Positions 10,026 through 21,469 are shown, counted from the stretch's first letter. The stretch: DNA of 48,802 nt from a virus (IMGVR_UViG_2718218136_000008:1-48802); one strand, 5' to 3'. A program made the numbers and translations. The notes: a model not told the origin generated them from the letters alone.

Positions 10026-13000
10026 TCAACGAATACTGATGCCGGAAGCGGCTTTTTTGGTCACAATCACCGTACAGTCGGTGATATTGCCTGCCCCCTG
10101 ATTGCCTTTCTGGAAAATCTTAAACTCCAGAGTGACGCTTCCCCTGCCACTCGGCATATCAATAACTGCACTGTAACTACCGGGAATGGCCCCTTTAGTT
10201 TCTCTGGATGCGATTAATACGCCGTTTTTGCGAACTTCAAAACCATAACCCGTGTATCGCGTGCCTCCTGGGTTATTTCCGCTCCCCGGATCGTCATACG
10301 CTATACCGTTAAAAATAATGGGCGGAATAATAATCTGGCGGTCAAAGTTATGATCATCGCTGATGGTGACTGTAACCGTACCGTTTGGTGTTTCCGTGTT
10401 ACCCCACGTACCGACTTTTTTCGGGAAGGCTTTTGATACAGCTTTAACGAAATCTCCTCTGACCTGGGTCGCCTCCAGCATGCCCTTAATCGTACAGTTC
10501 TGGTTAATCGTGACATTGTTGAGCGTTCCTGAGTTCGCATTCACACTGCCACTGATATCCGCATTTTTCGCCGTCAGTCTCCCGTCTGATGTCAGGGAAA
10601 ATGCCGGAGGATTACCGCCGCTGGTAATGGTGGGGGCCGTAAGGCGTTTCAGGAACACTTCATTCATGAATATCTGATCGCCCTGACCAACAAACATCGG
10701 CTTTGTGTTGCCATTCGCAGGATTAATCATCGCAATCCTGTCTGCTGCCAGCAGCACCTGACTCTGCATGCCGTCAGGGGTGTTCTCAATACCGGCACCG
10801 ATACCCGCAATATAAAGGCGTCCGTCCTGCATCTGCTGCAGCTTCACTGCCCACATGCTGTTCAGGTTATTATTTGTATCAACCTGAACCTTCTGTATCT
10901 GCTGGATCGCTGCACTCTGGTCTTCCAGTTTCTTATTGACGGTCTGTGTTATTTCATTGCTGACATCCGTTATGGACGTCCTGATTTCAGTCAGGTCAGG
11001 CGCAAGCTGACCGTTATCAATCTGCGTCCACAGCTCCTGAGCCAGATGGGTTTTCCCTATCTCGCCTTTGAAAAAATCCAGATAGCCTGATGCATCATCA
11101 CTCGGCTGACCGACAGCCTCCACGAATGCCGATTTGCCAACGGTGTTCACACTGCGAACGTAAAAATAATAATCATGGCCCGGTTTGATATTGATACTGG
11201 CGGCTATCCAGTACAGTGCCGTACCAAGATAACGCGCGCTGGTTTCAACCTGCCTGATATCCGCAATCCGTTTTTCCGAGAACCAGAACTCAAACTGTAC
11301 CGTCGGGTCATAAACCGCAAGATGCGGCGTGGCGGTTATCTGAAAATAGCCCGGCGTCAGCTCAATCCGCGACGGCGCTGCCGGTGCGGCAATCCGGAAC
11401 GATACCGACGCCGGATCGCCCTGCTGCCCCCACGCATTTACTGCCCGGACTGTCAGCCTGTAGTTCCCCAGCGCCAGTTGTGTGAAGCGGTAAGTGGTTT
11501 CCGTCGTCCGGGCCGTGCTGACCAGCCGCTCACGGCCGTCATCCGCTGCCACGGTCAGGCGAAGCAGGAAGCTCACGCCCTTCACCACCTTCGGCGTGTC
11601 CCAGCGGGCCAGCACCTGGTATTCCCCGCTGTCTGCGGTGACTTCTGCGGTCAGGTGCTGCACCGCTGGCGGCGTGACACCATTCACCGTGCCGCTCTGG
11701 TCGCCGTCAAAGTGCGCCCCGTTATCCACGATGGCTTCTTTTTCCGGTACATGCTGCACGGCGGTGATGGCATACGTGCCGTCGTCGTTCTCACGGATAC
11801 TCACGCAGCGGAACAGGCGCTGGCGCAGCGTCGGCAGCTTCAGCCCCCACACGCTGTATTCAGCAACGCCGTCAGGAACACGGCTCACTTTCACCTTCAC
11901 GCCGTCGGTGACGGACTGGACCTCCACGCTCACCGGATTACCCTGCCCGTCAACCAGGCTTATCAGCGTGGTGCCGGAGGATGGCAGCGTGATTTCACGG
12001 TCGAGCGTCAGCGTCCGGGTCTGGCTGTTTACCGCCAGCACGCGCCCGCCGATGCTGATACCGGCATAGTCATCATCACAGATTTCAATGACATCGCCCG
12101 GCACATGGCGAAGCCCTTCTGCGCCCACGCTGAAGTCCACGGTCTGCGTTTCCAGCAGTTCTGTTTTAATCAGCCACAGCCCGGCGCGATGTGCCTGCCC
12201 CCGGCTGGTACAGCCAAAGGCATCCATCTTCGTGACGTTACGACCGTAACGGGCAATGGCCTGCGTGTCCTCCACAAGCTCTGTCGCCGTCTCCCAGCCG
12301 TTATTCGGGTCAATCCAGTTCACCTCAACGGCATTATGGCGGTCCTTCAGGGCGCTGAAGCTGTAGCGGAACGGCGCGCCATCATCCGGCATCACCACAT
12401 TACTGCGGTTATAGGTCCACACCTTATCTGATGGTCGGTCCTGCACGAACGTCAGCGTCTGCCCGTTCCATACCGGCATACAGCGCATCGCCGAGCAGAA
12501 ATCACTGAGCACATCCCACGCCTTGCGCTGTGTGGTCAGGTACGCATTACAGGTGATGCGCGGCTCCGTGCCGCCAAAGCCGTCCGGCACTGACTGGTCG
12601 CAGTACTGGCCGATGACATACAGCGCCCATTTATCCACATCCGCCGCACCAAGACGTTTCCCCATGCCGTAGCGCGGATGGGTCAGCATATCCCACAGAC
12701 ACCAGGCCATGTTGTTGCTGTATGCCGGTTTAAACGTTCCGTCCCAGATACCGCTGTATTGCCGCGTCTGCGGGTTATAGTTCGACGGCACCTGCAGAAT
12801 GCGCCCGCGCAGATGATAATTACGGCTCACCTGCTGGCTGCCGAACTGCTCCGAATCCACCTGCACGCCGACCAGTGCCGTGTTCGGGTAGCCCTGTTTC
12901 ACATCGATGATTTCGGTGTATGACGACCAGAGCGTTTTGTTCTGCAGCTGGTCTGTGGTGCTGTCCCGCGTCATCCTGCGCATCCGTATATTGAACGGGC

Positions 13001-13523
13001 GCAGCGGCAGGTTACCCACCACCACCGAGGCCAGATACTGCGAGGTGGTTTTGCCCTTAATGGTGATGTCTTTTTCCGTCACCCAGCCACCATTACGCTG
13101 GATCTGAACCAGCAGGCGGACTTCCGACGGATTCCGGTCCCCCTTTGAGGTGGTTTCCACCAGTGCCTGCACGCCGAAGGTAAAGCGCAGACGGTCGATG
13201 TTTGCAGACGTAATGGTGCGGGTGATCGGCGTGTCATATTTCACTTCCGTACCCAGCACCGTCTCGGAGCCGGAGGATTCAAACCCCTCCGGCGGTGTCT
13301 GCTCCTGCTCACCTGCCCGGAACACCACCGTGACACCGGAGATGTTGGTATTCCCCTCAGTGTCCAGCACCGGCGTACTGTTCAGCAGCACGCTTTTTAA
13401 TCCATCCACCGGACCTTCAACCGGCCCTTCGCTGATGGCATCGATCACACTCAGCAGCTGCGTGGACTTCAGGTTGTCCTTCGCTTCGCGCGGGGTATGC
13501 CCCTTACTGCTGCCTTTACCCAT
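10026..13523 (-). CDS. J: host-specificity / central tail fibre protein J
   Basis: 1165-aa ORF in lambda J position and size. Confidence 0.9.
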   Translation of the reverse strand: MGKGSSKGHTPREAKDNLKSTQLLSVIDAISEGPVEGPVDGLKSVLLNSTPVLDTEGNTNISGVTVVFRAGEQEQTPPEGFESSGSETVLGTEVKYDTPITRTITSANIDRLRFTFGVQALVETTSKGDRNPSEVRLLVQIQRNGGWVTEKDITIKGKTTSQYLASVVVGNLPLRPFNIRMRRMTRDSTTDQLQNKTLWSSYTEIIDVKQGYPNTALVGVQVDSEQFGSQQVSRNYHLRGRILQVPSNYNPQTRQYSGIWDGTFKPAYSNNMAWCLWDMLTHPRYGMGKRLGAADVDKWALYVIGQYCDQSVPDGFGGTEPRITCNAYLTTQRKAWDVLSDFCSAMRCMPVWNGQTLTFVQDRPSDKVWTYNRSNVVMPDDGAPFRYSFSALKDRHNAVEVNWIDPNNGWETATELVEDTQAIARYGRNVTKMDAFGCTSRGQAHRAGLWLIKTELLETQTVDFSVGAEGLRHVPGDVIEICDDDYAGISIGGRVLAVNSQTRTLTLDREITLPSSGTTLISLVDGQGNPVSVEVQSVTDGVKVKVSRVPDGVAEYSVWGLKLPTLRQRLFRCVSIRENDDGTYAITAVQHVPEKEAIVDNGAHFDGDQSGTVNGVTPPAVQHLTAEVTADSGEYQVLARWDTPKVVKGVSFLLRLTVAADDGRERLVSTARTTETTYRFTQLALGNYRLTVRAVNAWGQQGDPASVSFRIAAPAAPSRIELTPGYFQITATPHLAVYDPTVQFEFWFSEKRIADIRQVETSARYLGTALYWIAASINIKPGHDYYFYVRSVNTVGKSAFVEAVGQPSDDASGYLDFFKGEIGKTHLAQELWTQIDNGQLAPDLTEIRTSITDVSNEITQTVNKKLEDQSAAIQQIQKVQVDTNNNLNSMWAVKLQQMQDGRLYIAGIGAGIENTPDGMQSQVLLAADRIAMINPANGNTKPMFVGQGDQIFMNEVFLKRLTAPTITSGGNPPAFSLTSDGRLTAKNADISGSVNANSGTLNNVTINQNCTIKGMLEATQVRGDFVKAVSKAFPKKVGTWGNTETPNGTVTVTISDDHNFDRQIIIPPIIFNGIAYDDPGSGNNPGGTRYTGYGFEVRKNGVLIASRETKGAIPGSYSAVIDMPSGRGSVTLEFKIFQKGNQGAGNITDCTVIVTKKAASGISIR

Positions 13524-13583
13524 TCCTCACGCTCCATAAATGACAAAACCGCCCGCAGGCGGTTTCACATAAAAAATTTTGCA

Positions 13584-14231
13584 TCAGCGACCAATCACCA
13601 CAACCTGACCACCGTCCCCTTCGTCTGCCGTGCTGATCTCCTGAGAAACCACGCGAGACCCCACGCGCATTTCACCGTACAGAACAGGCAGAACATTGCC
13701 CTGGGCAACCATGTTATCCAGTGAGGAGAAATAGGTGTTCTGTTTGCCGTTATCTGTACTGGCTGCCGTGGGCGTCCTGGCTTTCGGTGCCAGCATCTGC
13801 GCCACTCCGCCCAGGATCATACTGGCCCCTGCCGCATACATGCCCGATACAGCCGCGGCCCCCAGCCAGCCCACAGGGTTCCACCATGCCACCGCAATCA
13901 GCGCCGCCCCAAGCACCACCTGAAACACACCGCCACTTTTAGCTCCCGCCAGACGCGGCACGATGTGGATCACGGCACCATTTGCCAGCGGCTCATTAAG
14001 ACGGGCAGATAATTCATTTTCGCCTGCATCACGCCCGGCAATGCGCACCTGATACCAGCCCTCATTCAGTTTCTGACGAAACGCCGGGATCTGCATGGCC
14101 AGCGCCCGGATGGCTTCGGACCCCGTTTTCACTCGAAGGTCGATGCGGCGGCCAAATCGTTGTAAATCCCCGTAAAGGCAGATGCGTGCCATGCCCGGTG
14201 ACGCCAGAGGGAGTGTGTGCGTCGCTGCCAT
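13584..14231 (-). CDS. I: tail assembly protein I
   Basis: 215-aa ORF in lambda I position, overlapping the K 3' end. Confidence 0.8.
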   Translation of the reverse strand: MAATHTLPLASPGMARICLYGDLQRFGRRIDLRVKTGSEAIRALAMQIPAFRQKLNEGWYQVRIAGRDAGENELSARLNEPLANGAVIHIVPRLAGAKSGGVFQVVLGAALIAVAWWNPVGWLGAAAVSGMYAAGASMILGGVAQMLAPKARTPTAASTDNGKQNTYFSSLDNMVAQGNVLPVLYGEMRVGSRVVSQEISTADEGDGGQVVVIGR

Positions 14232-14872
14232 TTGTCGGTATACCTCTCTCGTTTGCTCAGTTGTTCAGGAATATGGTGCAGCAGCTCGCCGTCACCACAG
14301 TAAATGGCGGCATGATTCGGCACCGATGAACCAAAACAGCACAGCAGCACATCGCCCGGCTGCGCCGCTGACAACGGCACCTGATACAGCCCTGTAGCCT
14401 CCAGATTATCCAGATAGAGATTCTGACCGTGACGCCACCAGTCATCCCCGCGATGAAAATCCGGCATCTCAATCCCCGCCAGATGGTAAGCATCCCGGAA
14501 CAGCGTGTAACAGTCCGTCACCCCGTGCTCAAAGCGCCGCCCGGTAAGATGTGGCACACAGCGGAACTTGTGAATCGCCCCCCGGCAGACCAGCCACCAC
14601 GGCAAATCACTCTGCACCTGCAGCCGCCGGTCGGCCTCACTCAGCCAGGGCAGACCACCGGGGTGGCTGTGGACCAGCGCCACAATCTCACCCTGCATCT
14701 CTGCCCGCAGCCAGTCCTCCGGCGACATCCGGAAATACTCCTCCGGCTCACCGGAGATATTCACGCAGGGAAAATATCTTTCCCCCTCCGGTGTTCTCAC
14801 CACGAAGCCGCACGACTCCGCTGGCGCACATCGCCGGGCGTGCGCCAGAATCGCTGATTCTGTCTCTGTCAT
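14129..14872 (-). CDS. K: tail assembly protein K (JAB/MPN plus NlpC/P60-like)
   Basis: 247-aa ORF MTETESAILAHARRCAPAESCGFVV...HSHP...; lambda K-like. Confidence 0.85.
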   Translation of the reverse strand: MTETESAILAHARRCAPAESCGFVVRTPEGERYFPCVNISGEPEEYFRMSPEDWLRAEMQGEIVALVHSHPGGLPWLSEADRRLQVQSDLPWWLVCRGAIHKFRCVPHLTGRRFEHGVTDCYTLFRDAYHLAGIEMPDFHRGDDWWRHGQNLYLDNLEATGLYQVPLSAAQPGDVLLCCFGSSVPNHAAIYCGDGELLHHIPEQLSKRERYTDKWQRRTHSLWRHRAWHASAFTGIYNDLAAASTFE

Positions 14873-14877
14873 GGGAT

Positions 14878-15576
14878 TTACTGCGAAAGTTTGTTAATGG
14901 AAAGGAAGCCGCCAAAGTTGCCGACGTTATTGCGAAACTTACAACCACTCAGGCATTTGCTGCATTTATCCTTCGTGATATCGGACGTCGGCTGGTCATA
15001 TTCATCCGCGACAGCCGGACCGTGATAACCGCACTCATCACCGCGATAGGTCCAGGTGCAGGTATTAGCCAGCATGATGCGCCCCGGAAAAACAGCACCG
15101 TCCGTTTCCGTCGGCGTGGACAGTACAAAAGAGGCACTGACCGCGCTCAGTTCGCTGCACTGCTCGATGCGCCAGCGGCTGATCACCTCCTGCTCCGGAT
15201 CGGCGTCACTGTTTCCGTTGACGAAGTTCACCGCATCCAGAAAACGGGCGTAAACCTTACGCCTGACCACCGTTCCGCCGACCAGACTCTGCAGGTCTTC
15301 CGCCATCCCGGTGACCATTCCGTGCAGGTTAGAAACCGTCAGTGTCGGACGGGCAGCACTGCCCTTGCCGTTCAGTTCAAATCCCGTCCCCTGAATGGGG
15401 TATGCCTGATACTGCCGCCCCTGCCAGGTAACCGGCTCACCTTTTTCGTTCTGCTCATTACAGAAAAAATAACGTTCACCACCGACCTCTGTCAGATCGA
15501 TTTCCCAGAGCACCGCCTGGGCTGACTGAGTGAGGCGTGTCGTCTCATGATGTGTTTCCTGTGGAATATCCTGCAT
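14878..15576 (-). CDS. L: tail tip protein L
   Basis: 232-aa ORF, same size and position as lambda L. Confidence 0.9.
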   Translation of the reverse strand: MQDIPQETHHETTRLTQSAQAVLWEIDLTEVGGERYFFCNEQNEKGEPVTWQGRQYQAYPIQGTGFELNGKGSAARPTLTVSNLHGMVTGMAEDLQSLVGGTVVRRKVYARFLDAVNFVNGNSDADPEQEVISRWRIEQCSELSAVSASFVLSTPTETDGAVFPGRIMLANTCTWTYRGDECGYHGPAVADEYDQPTSDITKDKCSKCLSGCKFRNNVGNFGGFLSINKLSQ

Positions 15577-15585
15577 CAGAGCCTC

Positions 15586-15915
15586 CTATGCCACGACCTG
15601 TTCAAAATCTGCCGTTATGGTTACCCACAACGCCCCCACGCTTGCCGACCATTTACGACAAACCACCCTGATCGGCTTCCAGTCATAAGGTGGCGTCCAC
15701 TGAAATGCGCGGACGCCACCGTGCCGTTCCAGAAAGGATTTTAAAGATGGGTGTTCACATTTACGAACACGTATCGTCACGCTGTAAGTCGACAACTGGT
15801 TATTCAGTCCCGCCGCACGACGCTGTTCATAACCATCGCCCAGCTTCACTGTCACCACTTTCGGCTCTGATACCACATTCATATCCGGGCGCACTTTCCA
15901 GTGAAACGTCTCCAT
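15586..15915 (-). CDS. M: tail tip protein M
   Basis: 109-aa ORF, same size and position as lambda M. Confidence 0.85.
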   Translation of the reverse strand: METFHWKVRPDMNVVSEPKVVTVKLGDGYEQRRAAGLNNQLSTYSVTIRVRKCEHPSLKSFLERHGGVRAFQWTPPYDWKPIRVVCRKWSASVGALWVTITADFEQVVA

Positions 15916-18900
15916 TACCGATATGCTCCACTTAACCGACCACCATCACGGGCCTGCTGTTGCATAAAGTCCGCTGCCGCTTTTTTCCCAAGGTCATAAA
16001 CCACCTTCAGGGCAGCAGGACCTATCTGCCCGTTCGTGCCATCGTTATTGATCTCGATGTTGTACTGCGGGGCAAACATCGCCATACCTGAACCACCAAT
16101 ATCCGCCACAACCCCCAGCTTACCGTCAGCACCACGACGCAGTGGCAGAATGGCTTCAGGTCCAGCTTCCCCCATCACACCCGCGCCTTTTGCAAAAGCA
16201 AAAAACGTCGGACGGTTAACCACCGTGCCACTGTAGCGACTCAAATCAGCCGACTGATAAACACCGCCATCAGCATTGGCTACAAAATCAAAAGGCAGCG
16301 CGGAAGCAATGCCTTTTACCGCTTTCATTAAAGCTATCTGAGCCATGATTCTGGACATATCTGACAGCACAGAAGAGGTGAAGGATTTGAAATTGAGTTT
16401 GCCTGTAGTACAGAATGTCGCCAGCCAGTCACTCATGCTACTGAACGCAGACGTGAACAACTGTTCCACTGTCCCGGCTGTGTTATCCGCATTCTCAGTG
16501 ACATTCTGGAGTGCACGCAGGACTCCGTTTTTCCAATTACCCTGAGCAATTTCAAGCCGTTGCCAGTAACGGCGATTCTCATTCAGTTGTCGGTTCAGAC
16601 TCTCCGTCAGCGCCTGCTCGGCCTTTCTGTAGTCATCCGTGTTATATGTCCCTTTCTGCTCACTATCCCGCCTCAACTGCTCCAGCTGTTGCTGGTATTT
16701 CTGGCGAAGACTCAGTTGTACCTGATATCGCTGCCGCTGCTGATCACCCATACCCACCGTGGCGATATCCAGGTCATGTTGCTGACGCTGAGCGCGCTCT
16801 TCTTCAGCCAGTTGACTGGTCAGCTGAATTGTTTTTTTCTTCAGATCGTTGAGTGCCGTCTGTTTCTGAAGCTCCTGCTGTTTTACATCCAGCAGCGTCA
16901 GTGCCTGAATCAGTTCATCTTTACGGGCCAGCACACTCTTTTCATCTGCCGTCAGTTTTTTCCCGTCCAGATCGCTGATGCGCTGCTGCAGAGCCAGAAG
17001 CTGTTTATGCGCTTCTGTCATCTTTTCAGTGGCAATGCCTGCTGACTGTCTTGCAGCAGCAATCTGTCCTTCCACCTGTGCCTGTTGCTGACTGTACTGC
17101 AGCAATAACCGGGTGGCCTCATCATTACGGGTTTCGCGTGTTTTTTTCTTACCGGATGCCAGGGCTTTCTCGTAACGTTCATTTTCACGTTGTATCGCCG
17201 CATCCCTGACAGCCTGATCGGCGTACTGCATGGCATTAATACGCGCAATTTCACGCTGATGTCGTGCAGCTTCCGTTTCATTCATCCGGTTCAGTGCAGC
17301 ATTTTCAGCATTACGGCGTTTCTGTTGCTCCTGATAATTCCGCTCTGCCTGCTCTTTTGCATCCTGCAAATCCTTCTGGCGTTTTTTCTCCTGAAGATCG
17401 TTAAGACGCTGCTGATCGTATTCAACCTGAGAAGATGATGCCGTCCAGGGGAGTCTTTTCGCCCGCGACACTTTCTCCTGCAAAGTGGCAATCTGCGCAT
17501 CCAGCGAATCTTCACGACCAATATTCATGGCCGCATCCCAGAACTGCTTCCACCAGTCAGACAAAGTTTGCAGCGTACTGCCCAGCGCATTGAGGTTATT
17601 ATCAATATCCGCAGTACGCCGACCGGTTTCCTCTGCCAGTGCAGACATGGCTATCCGTGCCGCATCACTGGACCGCCCCTGCTCTCCAAGGACGCGTATC
17701 TGCTCAAGCTGAGTGGCAGTAAGAAAATGCAGCTCATTGTCCAGAGACTTCGCGGCATTTACAGGATCATCCTTCAGCCGCTTAAACTGATTTATGGTAT
17801 CGCTGACCGACTGGCCAACCGATCGCTCCATCTGTGCGGCAGCTCTCGCCACCATACCGATATCGTTTCCACGAAATGCACCACTCCCCACCACCTGAGC
17901 CAGCGCACCGGCTGCAGCATGTTGCGTGATACCATTCCCGGAAATAGCACGACTGAGCGTCCACAGCTGCCCGGCAGTGACTCCGGCATAATGCCCCGTC
18001 AGCGACAGCTGGCGGTTAAATTCTTCCCCCTCCTTCTGACCGTCATACCAGGCTTTACCCAGGCCATAGACAGCCGCGGCAATACCGCCAATAACCCCGC
18101 CAAGCATCATGCCTTTCGGTGACATCAATGTGTCTATCCACCCGGCACGGTTAGCCAGCGTTATTCCGGATCCCCTCAGCGCACCTAAATTTCCGCGGGC
18201 CAGTTCACCTATCAGAACGCCTATCTCCTGACGGGCCGCTGCACTTTTCAGCCCCAGCGAATGCGTGGCTTTTCCTGCCTGCTCCATTTTGCGGATATAC
18301 ACTTCTGCAGCACTGCTTACCCCCAGCTGGGCAGCCTTGGCACGAAGCAACTCAGAAGAAGAAAGATTCTGGCGGGTTGCCTGCTCTTTAAGCTGACGGA
18401 TAAACGCCACTTTCTGTCGGGTAGCCTCTTCCTCAGCCTGTGTAAGAACACGGGTTTTCGCCGTAACCTCAGAAATCAGCGCCAGATAATCCTGCTGACC
18501 AATCCCGCCACTGTTTCTGGCCTGTCGGATCTGCTGCTGAATACGCTGTAATTCCTGCAGACCCGCACTGGCCTGTTTCACACTGTCAATCTGACGATAA
18601 AACGCAGCAGCCGCTTTATCCTGAGCCTCCGCCAGAGCCATGGCCTGCGCCTGTTCCTCGCGCATTTTCTGGCTCAGCGCCTCCATACGCTGGCGGGTTT
18701 TCTCCACCTCGCGGGCCATGCGTTCATGAGCCTGTGCGTTCTTCTCCACCGTCTGCGCATGGACGGATGCGGCTGTTGCAGCCGAAGACGCCGCCTGCGT
18801 TGTCTGCCGGGCGGCCTGAGTCTGACGCTCCATAAAACGCTGCATACGGGCAGAAGACCGTTCTGCATCGCTGGCTGCACCATTCAGAAGGTTTTTGATA

Positions 18901-18971
18901 CGGGGGATTTCATTTTTAAACTCTGCCGCATCAATCCCCAAATCAATGACCAGGTTGGCTATCTGGTCCAT
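15915..18971 (-). CDS. H: tail tape-measure protein H
   Basis: ~1018 aa from ATG 18971 (MDQIANLVIDLGIDAAEF...), coiled-coil rich; C-terminus resembles lambda H. Confidence 0.9.
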   Translation of the reverse strand: MDQIANLVIDLGIDAAEFKNEIPRIKNLLNGAASDAERSSARMQRFMERQTQAARQTTQAASSAATAASVHAQTVEKNAQAHERMAREVEKTRQRMEALSQKMREEQAQAMALAEAQDKAAAAFYRQIDSVKQASAGLQELQRIQQQIRQARNSGGIGQQDYLALISEVTAKTRVLTQAEEEATRQKVAFIRQLKEQATRQNLSSSELLRAKAAQLGVSSAAEVYIRKMEQAGKATHSLGLKSAAARQEIGVLIGELARGNLGALRGSGITLANRAGWIDTLMSPKGMMLGGVIGGIAAAVYGLGKAWYDGQKEGEEFNRQLSLTGHYAGVTAGQLWTLSRAISGNGITQHAAAGALAQVVGSGAFRGNDIGMVARAAAQMERSVGQSVSDTINQFKRLKDDPVNAAKSLDNELHFLTATQLEQIRVLGEQGRSSDAARIAMSALAEETGRRTADIDNNLNALGSTLQTLSDWWKQFWDAAMNIGREDSLDAQIATLQEKVSRAKRLPWTASSSQVEYDQQRLNDLQEKKRQKDLQDAKEQAERNYQEQQKRRNAENAALNRMNETEAARHQREIARINAMQYADQAVRDAAIQRENERYEKALASGKKKTRETRNDEATRLLLQYSQQQAQVEGQIAAARQSAGIATEKMTEAHKQLLALQQRISDLDGKKLTADEKSVLARKDELIQALTLLDVKQQELQKQTALNDLKKKTIQLTSQLAEEERAQRQQHDLDIATVGMGDQQRQRYQVQLSLRQKYQQQLEQLRRDSEQKGTYNTDDYRKAEQALTESLNRQLNENRRYWQRLEIAQGNWKNGVLRALQNVTENADNTAGTVEQLFTSAFSSMSDWLATFCTTGKLNFKSFTSSVLSDMSRIMAQIALMKAVKGIASALPFDFVANADGGVYQSADLSRYSGTVVNRPTFFAFAKGAGVMGEAGPEAILPLRRGADGKLGVVADIGGSGMAMFAPQYNIEINNDGTNGQIGPAALKVVYDLGKKAAADFMQQQARDGGRLSGAYR

Positions 18972-19305
18972 AACGCACACCTCCGGAAATACCTTCCCCA
19001 AGATGCATCAGTTCTTCGTCCGTTCGCTCCGGTATCCCGTTCTCTTCCGGTAAAAGGCTGAAATCAGCCACCGCAGCATCACTGCTGCCGGACACCATTC
19101 TCACGATCAATGCCTTCAGCGAGGCAAACTGCGCATCCATCCACACATCACTGAAGCTCTGCATCCGGAAATAATCGCCCCACTCACCAAGCTCAGTGGC
19201 CGACATTTCCGACAGCATCCGCCGCCAGTCTGCCCGCCGGAACTCCCGGGCAAGCCGCATGACAAACTGCATTTCCCGCGTCAGGACTTTTCCGGCGTCA
19301 GCGCC
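18943..19305 (-). CDS. T: T portion of the G-T tail assembly chaperone, reached by -1 frameshift from G
   Basis: -1 frame relative to G is open from 19305 to 18943; overlaps G 3' end; slippery-like GGAAAAG near 19288..19294. Confidence 0.6.
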   Translation of the reverse strand, partial: GADAGKVLTREMQFVMRLAREFRRADWRRMLSEMSATELGEWGDYFRMQSFSDVWMDAQFASLKALIVRMVSGSSDAAVADFSLLPEENGIPERTDEELMHLGEGISGGVRYGPDSQPGH

Positions 19306-19670
19306 TCATGCTCATCATCCCCGGCATTATCAATGGCCCCCATACCGCTCAGCGACAGAACCATCTCCGCCCCCGCACCCAGGGCATCATACGACCATGT
19401 TGTAATAACGGATGCGCAAAGCGTCTCTACATCCTTAGACTGATCCGCATTCCACAGTGAGCGGGAAACCAGCCAGGCATTGATATCCATCCCCATCCGC
19501 AGAAAAGCAATCTGTCGTTCAGCCTCCGGCAGTTCTCCCTCACCGGCATCAAACTTTGCCGTTCGCTGCTGAACAAACGCCAGATATTCAATTCTCTGCA
19601 ACCCGGACAGCTCACTGAGCACCACGGACTGTTTTTCATAATTAAACGTGCCCTGTTTCAGAAACATCAT
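19281..19670 (-). CDS. G: tail assembly chaperone G
   Basis: ORF from ATG 19670 (MMFLKQGTF...), GGAG RBS; lambda G-like. Confidence 0.8.
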   Translation of the reverse strand: MMFLKQGTFNYEKQSVVLSELSGLQRIEYLAFVQQRTAKFDAGEGELPEAERQIAFLRMGMDINAWLVSRSLWNADQSKDVETLCASVITTWSYDALGAGAEMVLSLSGMGAIDNAGDDEHEALTPEKS

Positions 19671-19682
19671 GTTCTCCACCTG

Positions 19683-19707
19683 CAAAAAAGCCCCGGATAA
19701 CCGGGGC
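19683..19707 (-). terminator. hairpin plus T-tract between V and G (attenuator/terminator candidate)
   Basis: GCCCCGG-ATAA-CCGGGGC followed on the minus strand by T6. Confidence 0.35.
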
Positions 19708-19727
19708 AAATGATGAGTATCGTCCTG

Positions 19728-20471
19728 TTAACCTGCGGCGCTGACAGTCACCGCAGCCACAGCCACAAAATTCCCGTCAGCGGTCATGCCCACAATGCTG
19801 ACACTGCCCTGCTTCACGCCTTTCACCGTGGCCACAAGCCCGTTCAGGGTCACCGTGGCAGTCTGTGGATCTGACGAATGCACACTGATCGCTTTGTCAC
19901 TGGCTCCGTCAGGTTTTACTGTAAAGGTCAGCGTGGTGGTTGCTCCCACTTTTACACTGGCAGATGCCGGTGCCACCGTCAGCCCGGTAACGCTCACTGT
20001 TTCAGTGCCTTCCTCTGCCAGATACGGACGCCCCACACCGCTGATTTTCACAGTGCGGGTCATCACGTCTTTTGAGGCAATGGTTTTACCCAGTGAACTC
20101 AGCCAGCCACGGAAAACATCAACAGTACCGTTGGGATATTTGATACGAAACGCGCAGACTTCACCGGAGTCGAACAACTGAACCAGTTTTTTCTGCCCGC
20201 TGTCACCCGGACGCCAGGCCAGCGTCGCCGAAGTATCACCGACTGATTTCTGCCCCTGGGTTGTCGTTTTCCAGTCTGCATCTTCATCATCGAGATAAGT
20301 ATCATCTTCTGCATCAGCGGTCATTTCGCCAGGTTGCAGATCCTTCACCATCGCAAGACGCAGCCAGTCAGTGTCCGACAAAGGGTTCGCAAATGCGTCG
20401 CCGTTGCCGGTATACATCCAGAACGTCGTCCCCGCACCTTTCGTCTTTGCCAGTGGATTTGGTGTGGTCAT
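19728..20471 (-). CDS. V: major tail protein V with C-terminal Ig-like domain
   Basis: 247 aa from ATG 20471 (MTTPNPLAKTKGAGTTFW...), strongly resembles recalled lambda V; AGGAGG RBS. Confidence 0.9.
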   Translation of the reverse strand: MTTPNPLAKTKGAGTTFWMYTGNGDAFANPLSDTDWLRLAMVKDLQPGEMTADAEDDTYLDDEDADWKTTTQGQKSVGDTSATLAWRPGDSGQKKLVQLFDSGEVCAFRIKYPNGTVDVFRGWLSSLGKTIASKDVMTRTVKISGVGRPYLAEEGTETVSVTGLTVAPASASVKVGATTTLTFTVKPDGASDKAISVHSSDPQTATVTLNGLVATVKGVKQGSVSIVGMTADGNFVAVAAVTVSAAG

Positions 20472-20481
20472 TGCCACCTCC

Positions 20482-20895
20482 TTAATTCGTGTACGTGATC
20501 TGGTACGTGATTTCCGCCATCGCCCAGGTGGCCATCTCATTATCACGTTGATAGTTAAAACCGAGTGGGATCAGGGTGTCGATGAGTCCGGAAAGTGCCG
20601 GTACATCATTCAGGGCCGGGAAAATGGTGCTCTCCATCCACATATCCAGCTCTGAATCCGGTGCCTGTGCCCGGATGAAGACAGCAATATGCAGAACAGC
20701 CTGCCAGTCATCTTCATCCGTCATTTTTCCGGTGTACTGAGCATCACTCAGCCACACCGCCACGGCAGGCAGTTCCTGCGCATCAACAAATGCCGGAAGC
20801 CCGTCAAAAAACGTGGCGCTGTCTCCACACTGTTCCCGAAGGCGTGCCAGTACGACCTGGCGGATTTGTGTATGTCGGTTCATCGGGTCAGCCAT
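20482..20895 (-). CDS. U: tail terminator protein U
   Basis: 137-aa ORF, lambda U-like (…ATFFDG…PAVAVWL…ELHI…). Confidence 0.85.
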   Translation of the reverse strand: MADPMNRHTQIRQVVLARLREQCGDSATFFDGLPAFVDAQELPAVAVWLSDAQYTGKMTDEDDWQAVLHIAVFIRAQAPDSELDMWMESTIFPALNDVPALSGLIDTLIPLGFNYQRDNEMATWAMAEITYQITYTN

Positions 20896-21458
20896 AACCT
20901 CAGTTGTTGTTTCAGTGCATACCCCAGCTGTTTCGGCATTTCCGCAGCAATGATGCGGTCGCGGGCATCTTCAAATGCCTGTGTCAGCGGTCCGGACAGC
21001 GGGATTTTCACCACATCAATGGGGTAACGATTTTTGCCATCAATACGCCGCATCACATGCCAGCGACCATTCGCCAGTTGCTGAATAAACGCATCCCGGA
21101 AAAGATATTTACCCACCTTCAGCACACTGCCACGGTACTGCAGTTTTCCACCACGCCGGGCCAGTCTGACCCGGGCTGTCCCCAGCTTAATGGCGGGCAG
21201 ATTGCCCCGGTTAACGCGGATCCTGGCCGTCATTTTTCCTGACGGACTGGCTTTAAACACCCGGACACGCTGACGTACCAGTTTCAGGGGGATCCCTTTC
21301 ACCTGGTTATCTCCCGCAACGGTATTCCCGGCAACCTGCCGGGTGGCAACCGAGACCGCTTTCTGTGCCACACGGTTTATCGCCCATGCGCTGGCCTGTG
21401 GCACCATACGGGTATCAAGGCTGTTCAGATTGCGGATGGCATTCTCAAGCCCCTTCAT
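20880..21458 (-). CDS. Z: tail completion protein Z
   Basis: 192-aa ORF MKGLENAIRNLNSLD..., near-colinear with recalled lambda Z. Confidence 0.85.
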   Translation of the reverse strand: MKGLENAIRNLNSLDTRMVPQASAWAINRVAQKAVSVATRQVAGNTVAGDNQVKGIPLKLVRQRVRVFKASPSGKMTARIRVNRGNLPAIKLGTARVRLARRGGKLQYRGSVLKVGKYLFRDAFIQQLANGRWHVMRRIDGKNRYPIDVVKIPLSGPLTQAFEDARDRIIAAEMPKQLGYALKQQLRLWLTR

Positions 21459-21469
21459 CCCACACCTCT

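Noticed and set aside
11175-12431. 418-aa plus-strand ORF (and 191-aa ORF at 11494..12069) antisense to J
   Set aside because: Entirely inside the well-supported J gene on the opposite strand; Arg/Pro/His-rich composition typical of antisense frames in GC-rich DNA.
14551-15525. 324-aa plus-strand ORF antisense to K and L
   Set aside because: Antisense to two lambda-like tail genes; Pro/Arg/Ala-rich, no RBS context.
16560-18122. Several 160 to 184-aa plus-strand ORFs antisense to the tape-measure gene
   Set aside because: Antisense to H, low-complexity composition; H is the supported frame.
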